A DNA stretch of 64,000 nt from IMG/VR virus record IMGVR_UViG_3300037991_007827, positions 1 through 64,000 of that record. One strand, 5' to 3'. Below, piece by piece: positions 37,940 to 48,829 of the stretch; the stretch's first letter is position 1; every line of letters starts with the position of its first letter. Below the pieces are notes generated by a model, which made no database searches, was not told the origin of the DNA, and saw only the letters and a list, made by a program, of their open reading frames with translations. The stretch is from a virus. Its lineage: Duplodnaviria; Caudoviricetes. The position numbers and the translations under genes are program-made.

Positions 37940-38359
37940 TTAATTTCCTGTACTACCGAAACCACCATTTCCACGATCAGTTTCGTTTAATTGTTCTACT
38001 TCTTTAATTTCTACCCAAGGTAATTCGATAATTACCAATTGACCAATTTTATCTCCAACTTTATATTCTGTTTCTCCTAAAGCTGGAATACTCATTCTTA
38101 ATTTAATTTCCCCTCTGTATCCAGAATCAATAACACCAACCGAATTTCTCAAGAAATGATCAGTCTTAGAGATACTAGAACGAGGAAACACTAATCCAAC
38201 ATGTCCCTCAGGGATTTCCATAGCCAAACCTGTTCCGTATTCATAATACTTCGAGCTTTTGACTAAAGAAACACACGTTAAGTCCATACCTGCATCACCC
38301 TTCTTTGCATAATCGGGCAACACAGATTTGCTATCTAACTTTTTAACTTTAAGAATCAT
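37940..38359 (-). CDS. dut: dUTPase (trimeric)
   Basis: AGMDL, PRSS, GVIDSGYRGEI, RGNGGFGSTG. Confidence 0.95.
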   Translation of the reverse strand: MILKVKKLDSKSVLPDYAKKGDAGMDLTCVSLVKSSKYYEYGTGLAMEIPEGHVGLVFPRSSISKTDHFLRNSVGVIDSGYRGEIKLRMSIPALGETEYKVGDKIGQLVIIELPWVEIKEVEQLNETDRGNGGFGSTGN

Positions 38360-38792
38360 ATTTTTCTACAAGAATACCAAATTCTGACAAAAAGTCAAGA
38401 CTTTTTTTATCTCTGTAGAAATTTTTATATACAACGCGAGTTATTCCTGATTGAGCTATTAGTTTTGCGCACTCCATACATGGAGAAATTGTAATGTACA
38501 TCGTTGAACCTTCGCTAGATTGAGATGAGCGCGCGACTTTCGTTAAACAATTACTTTCTGCATGAAGAACTTCGGGCTTAGTAATTAATGCAGACTCATC
38601 CATTTCATCTAATCTAATTTCGCATTCATTATCAAATCCAGCTGGAGTTCCATTCCATCCCATACTGATAATGTTATTATCTTTAACTAAGATTGCGCCG
38701 ACTTTGGCGCGCACAGCATGACTCATTAAAGATATTCTTTCGCAAATATCAAGATACATAAGATCATACCTTGACTGTTTGGAATTATTCAC
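38349..38792 (-). CDS. dCMP deaminase
   Basis: KVGA, GWNGTPAG, HAESN, SPCMECAK. Confidence 0.92.
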   Translation of the reverse strand: MNNSKQSRYDLMYLDICERISLMSHAVRAKVGAILVKDNNIISMGWNGTPAGFDNECEIRLDEMDESALITKPEVLHAESNCLTKVARSSQSSEGSTMYITISPCMECAKLIAQSGITRVVYKNFYRDKKSLDFLSEFGILVEKYDS

Positions 38793-39288
38793 TAGTCTTA
38801 GGCTTTTCCCATATATAATGCTTACAATTCTTAATCGCTTCTGAAATCTTTACATGACAAATGGCTTCTTTTGTGCCTTTTCTCCTGAAAAGTCTATTAG
38901 CCGCTGACCAACTGTCCCCAACGAATGGCAAGTCCCAGCGCGCTATATTGTTAGATTGAATCCAATTTCTGAAATCATTCTTTTTAATTAAAACAAAATC
39001 ATTTTTTCTTTCATACACGATAAAGGTGCATTGTTTATAAAGCCATCCTTCGTTACCATGTTTATCTTTTAATTCAACCCATCCCCAAACATGCTTACGC
39101 TTTTTACTTCTCTTGACTAGAGTTTTTTTAATCGCTAAAGCAAAGACTAAAGACTTATCAGATTCATCCCAGATAACTAAATCAATATCTTCTTCTTTTT
39201 CTGCATGCGTGGGCTTTCTATGTTTAAAATTATTTTCTTTTAAGCAATCTAAGAATAATAAAAAAGAGTTTTTACCTTGTGTCGCCAT
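38785..39288 (-). CDS. PD-(D/E)xK-fold protein, paralog of 16985-17578
   Basis: EEDIDLVI...AIKK...WVELK...EGWLY..CTFIVYE. Confidence 0.5.
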   Translation of the reverse strand: MATQGKNSFLLFLDCLKENNFKHRKPTHAEKEEDIDLVIWDESDKSLVFALAIKKTLVKRSKKRKHVWGWVELKDKHGNEGWLYKQCTFIVYERKNDFVLIKKNDFRNWIQSNNIARWDLPFVGDSWSAANRLFRRKGTKEAICHVKISEAIKNCKHYIWEKPKTSE

Positions 39289-39308
39289 TACTGTTTATGG
39301 TACAAGAT

Positions 39309-39506
39309 TTATCGAACTCGATTAGGAGATTTTGTCTTCGTTATAGAAACTTTATTAACTTGACTAGGATCCCACTCTTTTAAAACAGCTCTGAGCTTAT
39401 CAGCCCTAAGTTCTGCATCGCTTAAGTTCTTATAGTTCTTATCTTCAATGCGGCGTTTATTTCGAGTAACAACAAAAAATGTTGGTGACGATTCTTTATT
39501 AGTCAT
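39309..39506 (-). CDS. hypothetical protein
   Basis: ORF track. Confidence 0.6.
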   Translation of the reverse strand: MTNKESSPTFFVVTRNKRRIEDKNYKNLSDAELRADKLRAVLKEWDPSQVNKVSITKTKSPNRVR

Positions 39507-39507
39507 A

Positions 39508-39933
39508 TTATTTATTATATACTTTAACTAAACTTTCTTCTAGTAATTGTTGTGAAATACTTTTATATCCAATCCAAGGTTTTGCATTAGCTTTATCATT
39601 ATATAAATCTCTTGCATAAATATATTTTATATCCCCCAAAATCCTGCCATACTTTCCTTTCTTATCAAGGAATGTTTCAATCAATAATCCCTCTGGCTGT
39701 TTAGATCCATAAATTAATAATTCTTGTAATCTTTTTTTAGCATCTAAACCTCTTTGTTTTTCTTTAGCCCTTTCCTCTTTGTCTTTTATAGATTTTTGCA
39801 AACGAATTTCGGGCGCATCAATTCCAGCTAATCTAATTCTTTCTTTTAAAGAAATACCAAAGCCTAAATCAATAACCCCATCAACTGTATCACCATCAAT
39901 AACTTTGGTGAAAGAAAAACTATATTGATACAT
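39508..39933 (-). CDS. thermonuclease (SNase) family protein
   Basis: KVIDGDTVD..IDLGF, RIRLAGIDAPE, GKYGRILG. Confidence 0.9.
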   Translation of the reverse strand: MYQYSFSFTKVIDGDTVDGVIDLGFGISLKERIRLAGIDAPEIRLQKSIKDKEERAKEKQRGLDAKKRLQELLIYGSKQPEGLLIETFLDKKGKYGRILGDIKYIYARDLYNDKANAKPWIGYKSISQQLLEESLVKVYNK

Positions 39934-40346
39934 TAACGTTTATAAAGGGCGTTAAAAATAGATTTTGATTTTTCGCGAAGCAAAGCTTTTTCACGAGCAG
40001 CTTTTTCTCTAGCTTCTTCCTCTTCCTTTTCTTTTTCCAAGAGTTCTAGTTCAGCCGCAGTCTTTTGATTCATCAGAGCCTCACGCTCAGCTTGCTCTTT
40101 TCTCCTGCGCTCTTCTTCTGCAAGCTCTTCTGCGCGCTTGCGCTCTTCATCTGCTTGTTCTTGTTCTGGAGTGCCTTTAGCGACAATCAGAAATAAAATT
40201 CTTTGTTCAGGGTCCGCATTGACCAGACCTTCTGAATAATCCACAAGGTCAAGCCATTGTTTTTTATCAACAGCTACATAATATTCACTCTCTTTGACTT
40301 CATCAGGGAGCGAACTGTCTGTAATCAATGCGTACTCTAAACTCAT
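39933..40346 (-). CDS. coiled-coil hypothetical protein
   Basis: E/K/R-rich helix. Confidence 0.65.
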   Translation of the reverse strand: MSLEYALITDSSLPDEVKESEYYVAVDKKQWLDLVDYSEGLVNADPEQRILFLIVAKGTPEQEQADEERKRAEELAEEERRRKEQAEREALMNQKTAAELELLEKEKEEEEAREKAAREKALLREKSKSIFNALYKR

Positions 40347-40358
40347 TTGCTTAAAGAA

Positions 40359-40676
40359 TTATTGTAGTACTTCAGGCAAAGAATCGTCAGCAACAGCTTC
40401 TTGAGAGGCTGCAGCTGGGACATCAAGAATATCGTCAGACTGCTGCTCGGGCCTACTTTCTTGATAGACAATAAAGTCAGGAGCCTTTTCGTTCTTAGCT
40501 TTACCTTTATTGGTAAATACAACAACCCTAACTTCCTGCTCGGTGCCAAATTCACCAAACTTTAAAACACCTGAAAGGTATTTTTGGGTTTTACCCTCTC
40601 GGCGCCAAAGAGCACCAAGCTCGCGTTTCTTCCAATCGCTTTGTTGCGATGTAACAGTATCAGTATTATCACTCAT
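40359..40676 (-). CDS. DUF736-like putative ssDNA-binding protein
   Basis: LGALW...KYLSG...VVFTN...EKAPDF plus acidic tail. Confidence 0.6.
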   Translation of the reverse strand: MSDNTDTVTSQQSDWKKRELGALWRREGKTQKYLSGVLKFGEFGTEQEVRVVVFTNKGKAKNEKAPDFIVYQESRPEQQSDDILDVPAAASQEAVADDSLPEVLQ

Positions 40677-40871
40677 AATTATTTATTTATCATTATCGTA
40701 TGTTTTTGCCAATTTGTCAAGAAAAATTCTTCTTGCACCACTACTTAATTGTTTATATTGCTTCTTGAGTCTTCTAAATAAACGCTTTTGAGAAGGATCA
40801 TCTTCAGAATACCCAATGATTTTTTTTAATTCTTTTGCTATTTTATTATTCAAAACGTGTATATTTTTATA

Positions 40872-41180
40872 GTGAATGTTATATTTGAAGCTTATCTTTG
40901 TGAGCCACCAAGTTCTATATACTGCTTTAGGGATGTTACATTATATACTTCGTGCTTCATAAAAAAAAGTGTCTTATTAGAATGTGAAAAGGAAGATAAA
41001 GATCTATATTATAAATGGTTAAAAAATTATGGTGCTTATGATTTCGTGGATGACATTGTATCAATCAATAGAGAAATAGGATACAGAGTTGGTAGAAAGA
41101 AAGCAAATCTTAAAGTTGAAAGAATAACAGAACATAATTTAAACTATATTATAAATAATCTCAACATTTTAAACCAATAA
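40872..41180 (+). CDS. hypothetical protein
   Basis: GTG start 15 nt after GTGTA motif. Confidence 0.55.
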   Translation: MNVIFEAYLCEPPSSIYCFRDVTLYTSCFIKKSVLLECEKEDKDLYYKWLKNYGAYDFVDDIVSINREIGYRVGRKKANLKVERITEHNLNYIINNLNILNQ

Positions 41181-41420
41181 ATGATCATCTATACAATCTT
41201 GTAACATATCTATGTGTTCACCAATGATTGGATTGCCATATCTATCTTTAATAATGTGAAAGAAGTGTTTCTCTACAACAATAATCTTAGATGATAAAGC
41301 CATTACTTCCGCGCCAAACTTTTCGAGGATAGACTGTCGAAGCCCTTCTCGTATATCAGATTCGGACTGATCAAAAGTAAATTCAAAATCTAAATCTTTA
41401 GATGGTATCAGCGTAATCAT
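41169..41420 (-). CDS. hypothetical protein
   Basis: ORF track. Confidence 0.55.
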   Translation of the reverse strand: MITLIPSKDLDFEFTFDQSESDIREGLRQSILEKFGAEVMALSSKIIVVEKHFFHIIKDRYGNPIIGEHIDMLQDCIDDHLLV

Positions 41421-41553
41421 TTTTTTCTTCCTTTTTGTCAGTTGATTTATGAATTAGATAGGATACTCCCATGCACAAAGTCACAAAATAAAGTGAGCTT
41501 TCATATTGAGCCATCGCTAACATAAAACCGAAACATGCAATTGGTAAAAACAT
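41398..41553 (-). CDS. 51-aa membrane peptide
   Basis: ATG 6 nt after TTGACA-17-TATACT (41560-41588). Confidence 0.5.
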   Translation of the reverse strand: MFLPIACFGFMLAMAQYESSLYFVTLCMGVSYLIHKSTDKKEEKNDYADTI

Positions 41554-41591
41554 AATCGTAGTATACAATCTTTATAATGATTTGTCAAGCA

Positions 41592-42128
41592 TTATCTAAA
41601 TTCTTTTCTTAAAAGTCTCCAGCGATCAGAATCAATAGGTTTATTCCCACTGTCAATAGCATGAATCATTTCAACAATCTCATCAATAGAGTTGTATATA
41701 AATTTATGAGGAAACATACCAAGCATCCACAAAGGAGTCTTGGCTTTACCGCCTTCCATACTCACAAATACAGGCTTCTTCATTCTTACTGCAGTCACTA
41801 TTTCTTCGGCGCTTCCCCAACTAGCAACATCTGGAACTAAATGCGCAATAATAAAATCACTACGATCAACTAAATTTAAATCATATGAACGAACCATTTT
41901 CATTCTGTCTGTGACTCGATCATATTGTTTTGTTCTCATCCATGTTTCCATTTCTTCACGTGAAGCCTCATCTTCTTCTACGTCTTTCATGAATGGCTTC
42001 TCGTAAGGATTAAAGCAAGTAATCTCAAGAGGAGCAAGTTTTTCAGTCACTTCTTTTCGCCAATCCCTACCACTTAGGTATTGCATGTGACCAACCAAAT
42101 AAGTTTTAGTCTTGTATAATAAATTCAT
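41592..42128 (-). CDS. nucleoside 2-deoxyribosyltransferase-like / nucleotide hydrolase
   Basis: YLVG.M...WR...FNP...DL..V.RSD.II...SWGS.EE; promoter at 42135-42163. Confidence 0.7.
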   Translation of the reverse strand: MNLLYKTKTYLVGHMQYLSGRDWRKEVTEKLAPLEITCFNPYEKPFMKDVEEDEASREEMETWMRTKQYDRVTDRMKMVRSYDLNLVDRSDFIIAHLVPDVASWGSAEEIVTAVRMKKPVFVSMEGGKAKTPLWMLGMFPHKFIYNSIDEIVEMIHAIDSGNKPIDSDRWRLLRKEFR

Positions 42129-42159
42129 ACGATGACTATAACAAATAATTCTTAATATG

Positions 42160-44616
42160 TCAAGAAAATTTAAATGTAAATTCAGATTTTAAATAACTTA
42201 CCCGAATTGTTTTGAATGTATCCCTTCCAACTTCCAAGATTTTTTCAGAGAGAGGATTGGTAATGCACTCTTCAAGGACGCGAGCTATTGGGCGCGCGCC
42301 ATCTTTTAATTTTAAACATTCTTCGGTTATTTTATTTTTAGCAGTTTTATTAACAACTAAATTAATAGACTGTTCTTTTAATCGAGAGCGAAGTTCATGA
42401 ATATGTAAATCAACAATGCGACCATAATTCTCCTCATCAAATGAATTGAATATGATGAGATCATCTAATCTATTTAAAAATTCTGGACTTAAAATCTTCA
42501 GAGCTTCTTTGCGAACTCGATCTTGCACCTCTGACTTTGTATATTCTTGTGAAGCAGCCGCGAATCCTACTCCAACTTTACCTTGAGCAATATCAGAACC
42601 AATATTACCTGTGATAAATATTACGCAATTTTTAAAATCAATCGTTCTGTTTTTATTGTCTTGAATTTTTCCTTCATCTAAAATTTGCAATAAGGTTTGT
42701 ATCACAGAATGATGAGCCTTTTCAATTTCATCAAACAACAAGACGCTGTATGGATGCTTTCTAACTTTTTCTGTTAGATTACCAGAGCTTTCGTAACCGA
42801 CATAACCTGGCGCAGAACCAATCAATTTAGAGCTTGTGAAACCTTCACTGTATTCACTCATGTTTATATTAATAAAGTTCTTTTTGCTACCAAATAATTT
42901 CTCTGCAACAATTTTTGCTGTGTGCGTTTTACCTACCCCAGATCTACCGAGCAAAAGAAAACTTCCAACTGGTTTGTTTTCATTTTTTAAACCTGCTCGA
43001 TTACGAATCAAGGCTTTGCATATCGAGGAAATCGCGGATTCTTGACCAATAATAATATCATTTAATTCACTCTCTAAAGAAAGGAATTGCTTTTCTGATG
43101 TTTCTGATATTTGATCTGCTGGAATGCCCAGCTTTTTTGACATTATAAAATATATGTCTTCGGGCGTTACGCGAAATTCTGTAGCATTATTTGAATCACT
43201 CCATTTTTGAATGATCTTTTTATACTTCTTGAATAAAATATCCTGTCTTGTGGAAAGGTCAGCTTTGGCGGCTATAGAAACACACTCGTCTTCTTCGCGC
43301 ATCAAGTGTTCAAGCTCTGCTTCTATTTCTCTTGCAGCTTTAGGTCTTTTAAAATGAGCAATCTTAACTTTTGAACCAGCTTGATCCATAATATCAATAG
43401 CTTTATCGGGAAGATGTCTGTCGTGAATATATTTCATTGACAGATCAACACACAATTCTAGCGCTTTATCATCATACACTACATTATGAAAACCTTCGTA
43501 AGTGTCAACGATTCCTCTTAATATTTTTTTACAATCATCTCTTGATGGTTCGTCAATATTTACAGACTGAAATCTACGAGCAAGAGCGCCATCTTTTTCA
43601 ATGTGTTTATATTCATTGATTGTAGTTGCGCCGATACATCTCATGTCTCCGCGAGCAAGCATTGGCTTGAGTATGTTTGCGGCATCCATGCTACCTTCGG
43701 CAGCTCCTGCACCAACTAATGTATGAATCTCATCTATGAATAAAATAACTTTAGGTAACTCCTTGATTTCATTCATTAAATTTTTAAGTCTTTCCTCAAA
43801 CTGCCCACGATATTTTGTTCCTGCGATCATCGCGGCAAGATCCAATCCAAAAATAGTATGCCCCATCAAATATTCAGAACAATTACTGGAAACAATTGAC
43901 AAAGCTAATCCTTCTACCAAAGCAGTCTTACCAATTCCAGGCTCGCCCAAGAGAATAGGATTATTTTTATTTTTGCGACACAAAATTTCAGTCATCTCAT
44001 GGATACTAGCATCTCTACAAATAACTTTACTGAATTTACCTTGGGAAGCTAATTCATTATAATTAATTGCATATAAATCTAATGCAGTTTTGGTTTTTTG
44101 TTGCGTTGCAGGAGCTGAGATAGCATTTTGGTCGGAGCTACCTTTTTCAGCATCAATAGCCGTAAAAACTTGAGAGGCTTCCATTAAATAGCTTTTTATT
44201 CCAATAGATAATGAGCTTTGATTAACACCAGCAAGACGAAAAAATTCTTCTGTCTTGGGGGAGTTGTACTTTATGATTGCAATCAATAAATGTTCAGTAC
44301 CAACATATGATTGAGATAAATTAGTCGCAGACTCAAATGCGAGTGAGAGAATCGCCTTGAAATCTTTTGAAAAAGCAATATCTTTGGATTTAGACTTGCC
44401 GATTGGCATATTCTTCTCAATCTGCTCTTTAAAATAATCAATATCATATCCACTAAGATCAAAAATTTCCCGAAGTAAGCCACGAACTTGGGAAACTAAT
44501 CCAAGAAGCAGATGATTAACATCTATCTGGCTTGCTCTGTAGTCAATTGCAAGCCCGCGTGATTTTTTTAATGCCTCTTGAGCGCGAGGAGTAAAATTAG
44601 GAGTTGATTCCATCAT
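42160..44616 (-). CDS. clpC: ClpC/ClpA-type AAA+ unfoldase
   Basis: Clp-N repeats, [21 protein letters not shown], second ATPase [19 protein letters not shown] ClpP-docking loop. Confidence 0.9.
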   Translation of the reverse strand: MMESTPNFTPRAQEALKKSRGLAIDYRASQIDVNHLLLGLVSQVRGLLREIFDLSGYDIDYFKEQIEKNMPIGKSKSKDIAFSKDFKAILSLAFESATNLSQSYVGTEHLLIAIIKYNSPKTEEFFRLAGVNQSSLSIGIKSYLMEASQVFTAIDAEKGSSDQNAISAPATQQKTKTALDLYAINYNELASQGKFSKVICRDASIHEMTEILCRKNKNNPILLGEPGIGKTALVEGLALSIVSSNCSEYLMGHTIFGLDLAAMIAGTKYRGQFEERLKNLMNEIKELPKVILFIDEIHTLVGAGAAEGSMDAANILKPMLARGDMRCIGATTINEYKHIEKDGALARRFQSVNIDEPSRDDCKKILRGIVDTYEGFHNVVYDDKALELCVDLSMKYIHDRHLPDKAIDIMDQAGSKVKIAHFKRPKAAREIEAELEHLMREEDECVSIAAKADLSTRQDILFKKYKKIIQKWSDSNNATEFRVTPEDIYFIMSKKLGIPADQISETSEKQFLSLESELNDIIIGQESAISSICKALIRNRAGLKNENKPVGSFLLLGRSGVGKTHTAKIVAEKLFGSKKNFININMSEYSEGFTSSKLIGSAPGYVGYESSGNLTEKVRKHPYSVLLFDEIEKAHHSVIQTLLQILDEGKIQDNKNRTIDFKNCVIFITGNIGSDIAQGKVGVGFAAASQEYTKSEVQDRVRKEALKILSPEFLNRLDDLIIFNSFDEENYGRIVDLHIHELRSRLKEQSINLVVNKTAKNKITEECLKLKDGARPIARVLEECITNPLSEKILEVGRDTFKTIRVSYLKSEFTFKFS

Positions 44617-44628
44617 AAATTATTACAC

Positions 44629-47220
44629 TTATTCTGATTTTATGTCACTAAGCTTCATATAAATTTTTTCATCCATGATATTAAAAGAATGAATAAATAA
44701 AATATCTTCGCCTTTGCTTCCGTAGAAAATAACAATGCTATCTTTAGCTACACCTTTTGGATTTTTCTCATTAAACTCAGATAATACGCGGATTTGATGC
44801 CATTGTCCATTTTGAGCGCGCGCATTTCTATCCATTAACATTATTGGATATTCGCCCACTTCATCTTTGATCATTATTTTTAAATAATTGTTACCATTTC
44901 GGCTAGTACCTTTAATAAAATCAGATACCACACCTATAAAACGACCATAATTTTCACGCTCAAGGTTCCTAAAGTCTAATGAGTCACCAAACTTTTGGTT
45001 GTTTTCGTTAAACACATCTTTTAATGCGATGCTTGGGCTGTAACCAAGCAGTTTTGTTTCAAAATACCAGTTAGCAAACTTCTCGTATTTTTTATTTTTA
45101 TCATAAATTTGTTTATAAAGATCATATTTTTTACGAAATGTTTCAAAACGACTATCTTTCATTAATGGTTTACCATCATCAGCAATAAGTTTGTCTTGTA
45201 CAACAGCTTGTATTGTATTAAGAACATCCCAATTATACTTTGGACCCAATGCTTGGAAGTTTCTTTTCTCTCGATCAGTTAAAATATTAAATGATTGAGC
45301 TTCAAGAACCAAACGAGAGCGGCTTTTCTTATGATCTGATAATGCACCAGCTTGTATTAGCGCCGAAAGTATTCCAATGTTTAGCCCCGCTTCTTTTGCG
45401 GATAGAAAGATATCATACTTGGTTGGATTCTCGCTATTACGAAAGTCTTTCAATGACTGTAGCGATTTCTCACTTACTCCCTTGATGCTATTCAGACCAA
45501 AACGAATGTCATCGCCTTCAATTTTAAAATCCATATCAGACTTTGCAAGATCGGGCGGTAATAATTCAATGCCAAAGAACGAGAGCTCTTGACATACTTT
45601 ATTAATTTCTTCATGTGGAGAAGGTTCATACTTCGCCATTTTTAATAAAGACATAAAAAACTCTTGTGGATGTTTGAATTTAAGATAAGCAGTCCAAGCT
45701 GCAAGATTAGCGTAAGCAAGACTATGAGATTTATTGAATGAATAATTTGCGCTATCTTCAGCAACACTCCATAGAATATCAGCAACAGAAGAATCAAGTT
45801 TATTCTCTTCAATTTTCTTTTCAATCTTCTCTTTCCATGCTGGCATTTGATCTACCTTTTTCTTACCAACAATACGTCTTAATTGTTCAGCTTCATCAAG
45901 AGTGAAACCAATTTTTACAGCCATCTTCATCAACTGCTCTTGGTAGAGTGGAATGCCACCTGTATAAGATAGCACATCATCAAAAACTTCATGCTGGCTT
46001 TGAAACTGCCCTGTCCTTGAGTAAGTAGCATATTGATCAAGGAACTCCAATGCGCCTGGTCTTGCAATAGCAACAACAGCACTCAGCTCTTCAAGATTCT
46101 TAGGCTTGATTTTCTTACAAACATTAAAGTTTGTGTGCGCCTCAACCTGAAAAAGACCTTGGGGCTGTTCTAGATTCTTGAACGCTTCATATATTTTTGG
46201 ATCATCTGGATCAACAGATTCAATATCCAAATCAAGCTGTTGACATACATCATAGACAACACTCAATGTACGCAAACCAAGAATATCAAACTTAACCATC
46301 AGTTCTGCGACCCAATTCATGTCGTAACCACTGACCAATGCACCTTCGTTTGTTAACTGAACAGGACATATATCTTCAAGCTTTTGGAAAGAGATAGCAA
46401 TACCTGATGGGTGAACACCTGTGTTTTTATTCAACCCTTCGAGCTTACGAGCAATATTAAACACTTCTTTATTATCATTAACCCAACTTTCAAACGCTTG
46501 GCTTTCTTGATACGCATCAATAAGCGGCGCGACCTTTCCAAAACGTTTTGGAATCGTATCACTTACAATATTTACTTCTTGTTCAGAATAATTACCAACA
46601 ATTTTTCCACATTCTTTTATGCATAATTTACCACTAAGAGTATTGAGTGTTAAAATTTTTGCAGTTCTGCCTGGGTATTTATCTTCAATATACTGAATGA
46701 CTTCTTGTCTTCTTTCGTAAGAAATATCATTATCAACATCAGCCAAAAGACTTCCATCTAAATAAGTAATGCCGTCTTGTTCAATTTTTCGAGCACGACT
46801 TTTAGATACAAATCTCTCAAAGAAAAGTTCATACTTAACAGGATCAACTTTAGTTACATTGATTAAATAAAGAACTAAAGAACCAGCCGCCGAACCTCTT
46901 CCTGGCCCTGTTGGAATATCATTTTCGTGACAAAAGTTAAGGATGTCCCAATTCAGAAGAATGTAATCTACGAATCCAAGCTCTTGCAGGATATCAAGCT
47001 CCATTTTTGTACGCGCAAGATACTCGTCTTTTCTTTCTCCTTCGTGCAAGCCTTTTGCTTGCAGTCCATTCCAACACAATCTCTTTAAGAAATCAAAGTT
47101 AGAAATATCGGGCGCAATATTTAATTCTTTATAATACTTCGGCTCGATATCAATTTCAGGTAAACGAACTCCAGGCGGACACACGTCCTCGTATTTAGTG
47201 CAATTATCTACAAAACTCAT
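44629..47220 (-). CDS. dnaE: DNA polymerase III alpha, catalytic part without PHP domain
   Basis: GPGRGSAAGSLV, FERF, DVDND, GVHPSG, KFDILG, YQEQ, YSFNKSH. Confidence 0.93.
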   Translation of the reverse strand: MSFVDNCTKYEDVCPPGVRLPEIDIEPKYYKELNIAPDISNFDFLKRLCWNGLQAKGLHEGERKDEYLARTKMELDILQELGFVDYILLNWDILNFCHENDIPTGPGRGSAAGSLVLYLINVTKVDPVKYELFFERFVSKSRARKIEQDGITYLDGSLLADVDNDISYERRQEVIQYIEDKYPGRTAKILTLNTLSGKLCIKECGKIVGNYSEQEVNIVSDTIPKRFGKVAPLIDAYQESQAFESWVNDNKEVFNIARKLEGLNKNTGVHPSGIAISFQKLEDICPVQLTNEGALVSGYDMNWVAELMVKFDILGLRTLSVVYDVCQQLDLDIESVDPDDPKIYEAFKNLEQPQGLFQVEAHTNFNVCKKIKPKNLEELSAVVAIARPGALEFLDQYATYSRTGQFQSQHEVFDDVLSYTGGIPLYQEQLMKMAVKIGFTLDEAEQLRRIVGKKKVDQMPAWKEKIEKKIEENKLDSSVADILWSVAEDSANYSFNKSHSLAYANLAAWTAYLKFKHPQEFFMSLLKMAKYEPSPHEEINKVCQELSFFGIELLPPDLAKSDMDFKIEGDDIRFGLNSIKGVSEKSLQSLKDFRNSENPTKYDIFLSAKEAGLNIGILSALIQAGALSDHKKSRSRLVLEAQSFNILTDREKRNFQALGPKYNWDVLNTIQAVVQDKLIADDGKPLMKDSRFETFRKKYDLYKQIYDKNKKYEKFANWYFETKLLGYSPSIALKDVFNENNQKFGDSLDFRNLERENYGRFIGVVSDFIKGTSRNGNNYLKIMIKDEVGEYPIMLMDRNARAQNGQWHQIRVLSEFNEKNPKGVAKDSIVIFYGSKGEDILFIHSFNIMDEKIYMKLSDIKSE

Positions 47221-47888
47221 ACTTCAATATTCCAAATTAATTTTTTGAACACTTCATAATTCTTTTCAATATCATATAATGCATCATGAAGTTTAGCTGC
47301 GTTAAATCGAATATCATATTTTTTACAGAGATCAATTAGCTTGTTTTTTCCTTTTGTACGTTTCAGTGATAGTATTTTATATTGCCATTGTAACAAATTA
47401 TCGCTGGATTGTAAAGCAATATTTTCATTAATTGCACGAGACAATGCTAAAGTATCAATTAACTGATTTAAATAACTGTAGTCTGGATTCTTTTTAAGAA
47501 GTCGGCGGCAGATTCCATGCATGTATACATCAAATCCTAATATATTATGTCCGACTTTTATATATTCAGGATCATATAAATATTTCTCAAAGTGCGCAAT
47601 AGGAGCAAGAGGATCAACAGATTTATCATCATGCTTTTTCTGTGTCCAGCCTGTTACTTTCGCCGCTCCTTCTGAAACTTTTAGACCATCCCACTTTAGC
47701 CAATAGTCTTTCTTCTCAACTATGCGATCATCATGTATAACAATAAACGCTAACTGCCAAGGTTTATTTCTTAGCGAACCTAGGTTAAGTCCACAAGTCT
47801 CAAAGTCAAAAAAGACATACTTCTGTTGCTTATTAAATCTTAATAAATTTTTTCTCATATTTGAAAGTGTTTTACATTTTTGAGACAA
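47217..47888 (-). CDS. DEDDh 3'-5' exonuclease (DnaQ-like)
   Basis: FDFETCG, GHNILGFD, IDTL, HDALYD; true start probably MRKNLL. Confidence 0.88.
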   Translation of the reverse strand: MSQKCKTLSNMRKNLLRFNKQQKYVFFDFETCGLNLGSLRNKPWQLAFIVIHDDRIVEKKDYWLKWDGLKVSEGAAKVTGWTQKKHDDKSVDPLAPIAHFEKYLYDPEYIKVGHNILGFDVYMHGICRRLLKKNPDYSYLNQLIDTLALSRAINENIALQSSDNLLQWQYKILSLKRTKGKNKLIDLCKKYDIRFNAAKLHDALYDIEKNYEVFKKLIWNIEV

Positions 47889-48829
47889 GAGAGATCATGT
47901 CCCCCTGCATAACTAATTGCGCTTTGCAAATCTTGCTGTATTTCAATCAGTTTTTTCTCGTATGTCATTCCATTGTTAACGATGTGATTGAGCTTGCCCT
48001 CGATATGTTTTCTATGACCCTTGTTCTCGTAGCTAGCAGAACCAAAGTAAGCTTTATGAAAAGAACCATTGATATCTACAGGAAGCGCTGGACTATCAAC
48101 ACAAGACGCAAACAATCCACCAGCCATAACCATATCACCACCAGCAACCAAAGCTTTAGCGATATCACCATTACATGCTATTCCGCCATCTGCAATAATA
48201 GGTATTTTCCTGCCAGCATCAAAATCATCTCGCGACGCATAACAATCGCCACAATTTTTAACACAGGTAAACATTGGAATAGTAAATCCTGTCTTATCTT
48301 TTGTTGTGCAGGGCGAGCCTTGACCAATTCCAACCTTTACAATTTCAGCGCCCCAATTTGCAAGATCAACAACAGCGTCAGGAGTTGCTACATTTCCAGC
48401 GATGATAATTGTATTAGGCATATGCTGTTTAATATACTCAATGGCTACCTTGACTCTTTTAGAGTGTCCATGAGCAATATCAATAGTAATAAAATCAACT
48501 CTTAATTTAGCTTGACTAATTTTAAGAACCTGAGCCTTATCTTTTAATTTTGCGCCCACGCTGATAGAAATAGTTTTCCAATTTTCTTGATTGGCTTTCT
48601 CAACAAAATCAAAAATATCTATATCAAATCGATGCATGATATAAAAATAATCATTCTCACTCATCCATTTGGCTATGTCAGTATTGATCACTGACTTCAT
48701 GTTCGCAGGAATAATCGGCAGCTTAAAGTTGTGCTTGGCTATTCCAATGGAAGTATCGGCATCGGAACGGCTATGGCATTCACTATAGCGAGGAACAAGA
48801 CATACATCTGAATATTTATACGCTTTCAT
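47855..48829 (-). CDS. guaC: GMP reductase
   Basis: PANM, YIMHRF, TIDIAHGHS, KVGIGQGSPCTT, IADGGI, DLQSAISYAGG. Confidence 0.9.
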   Translation of the reverse strand: MKAYKYSDVCLVPRYSECHSRSDADTSIGIAKHNFKLPIIPANMKSVINTDIAKWMSENDYFYIMHRFDIDIFDFVEKANQENWKTISISVGAKLKDKAQVLKISQAKLRVDFITIDIAHGHSKRVKVAIEYIKQHMPNTIIIAGNVATPDAVVDLANWGAEIVKVGIGQGSPCTTKDKTGFTIPMFTCVKNCGDCYASRDDFDAGRKIPIIADGGIACNGDIAKALVAGGDMVMAGGLFASCVDSPALPVDINGSFHKAYFGSASYENKGHRKHIEGKLNHIVNNGMTYEKKLIEIQQDLQSAISYAGGHDLSCLKNVKHFQI

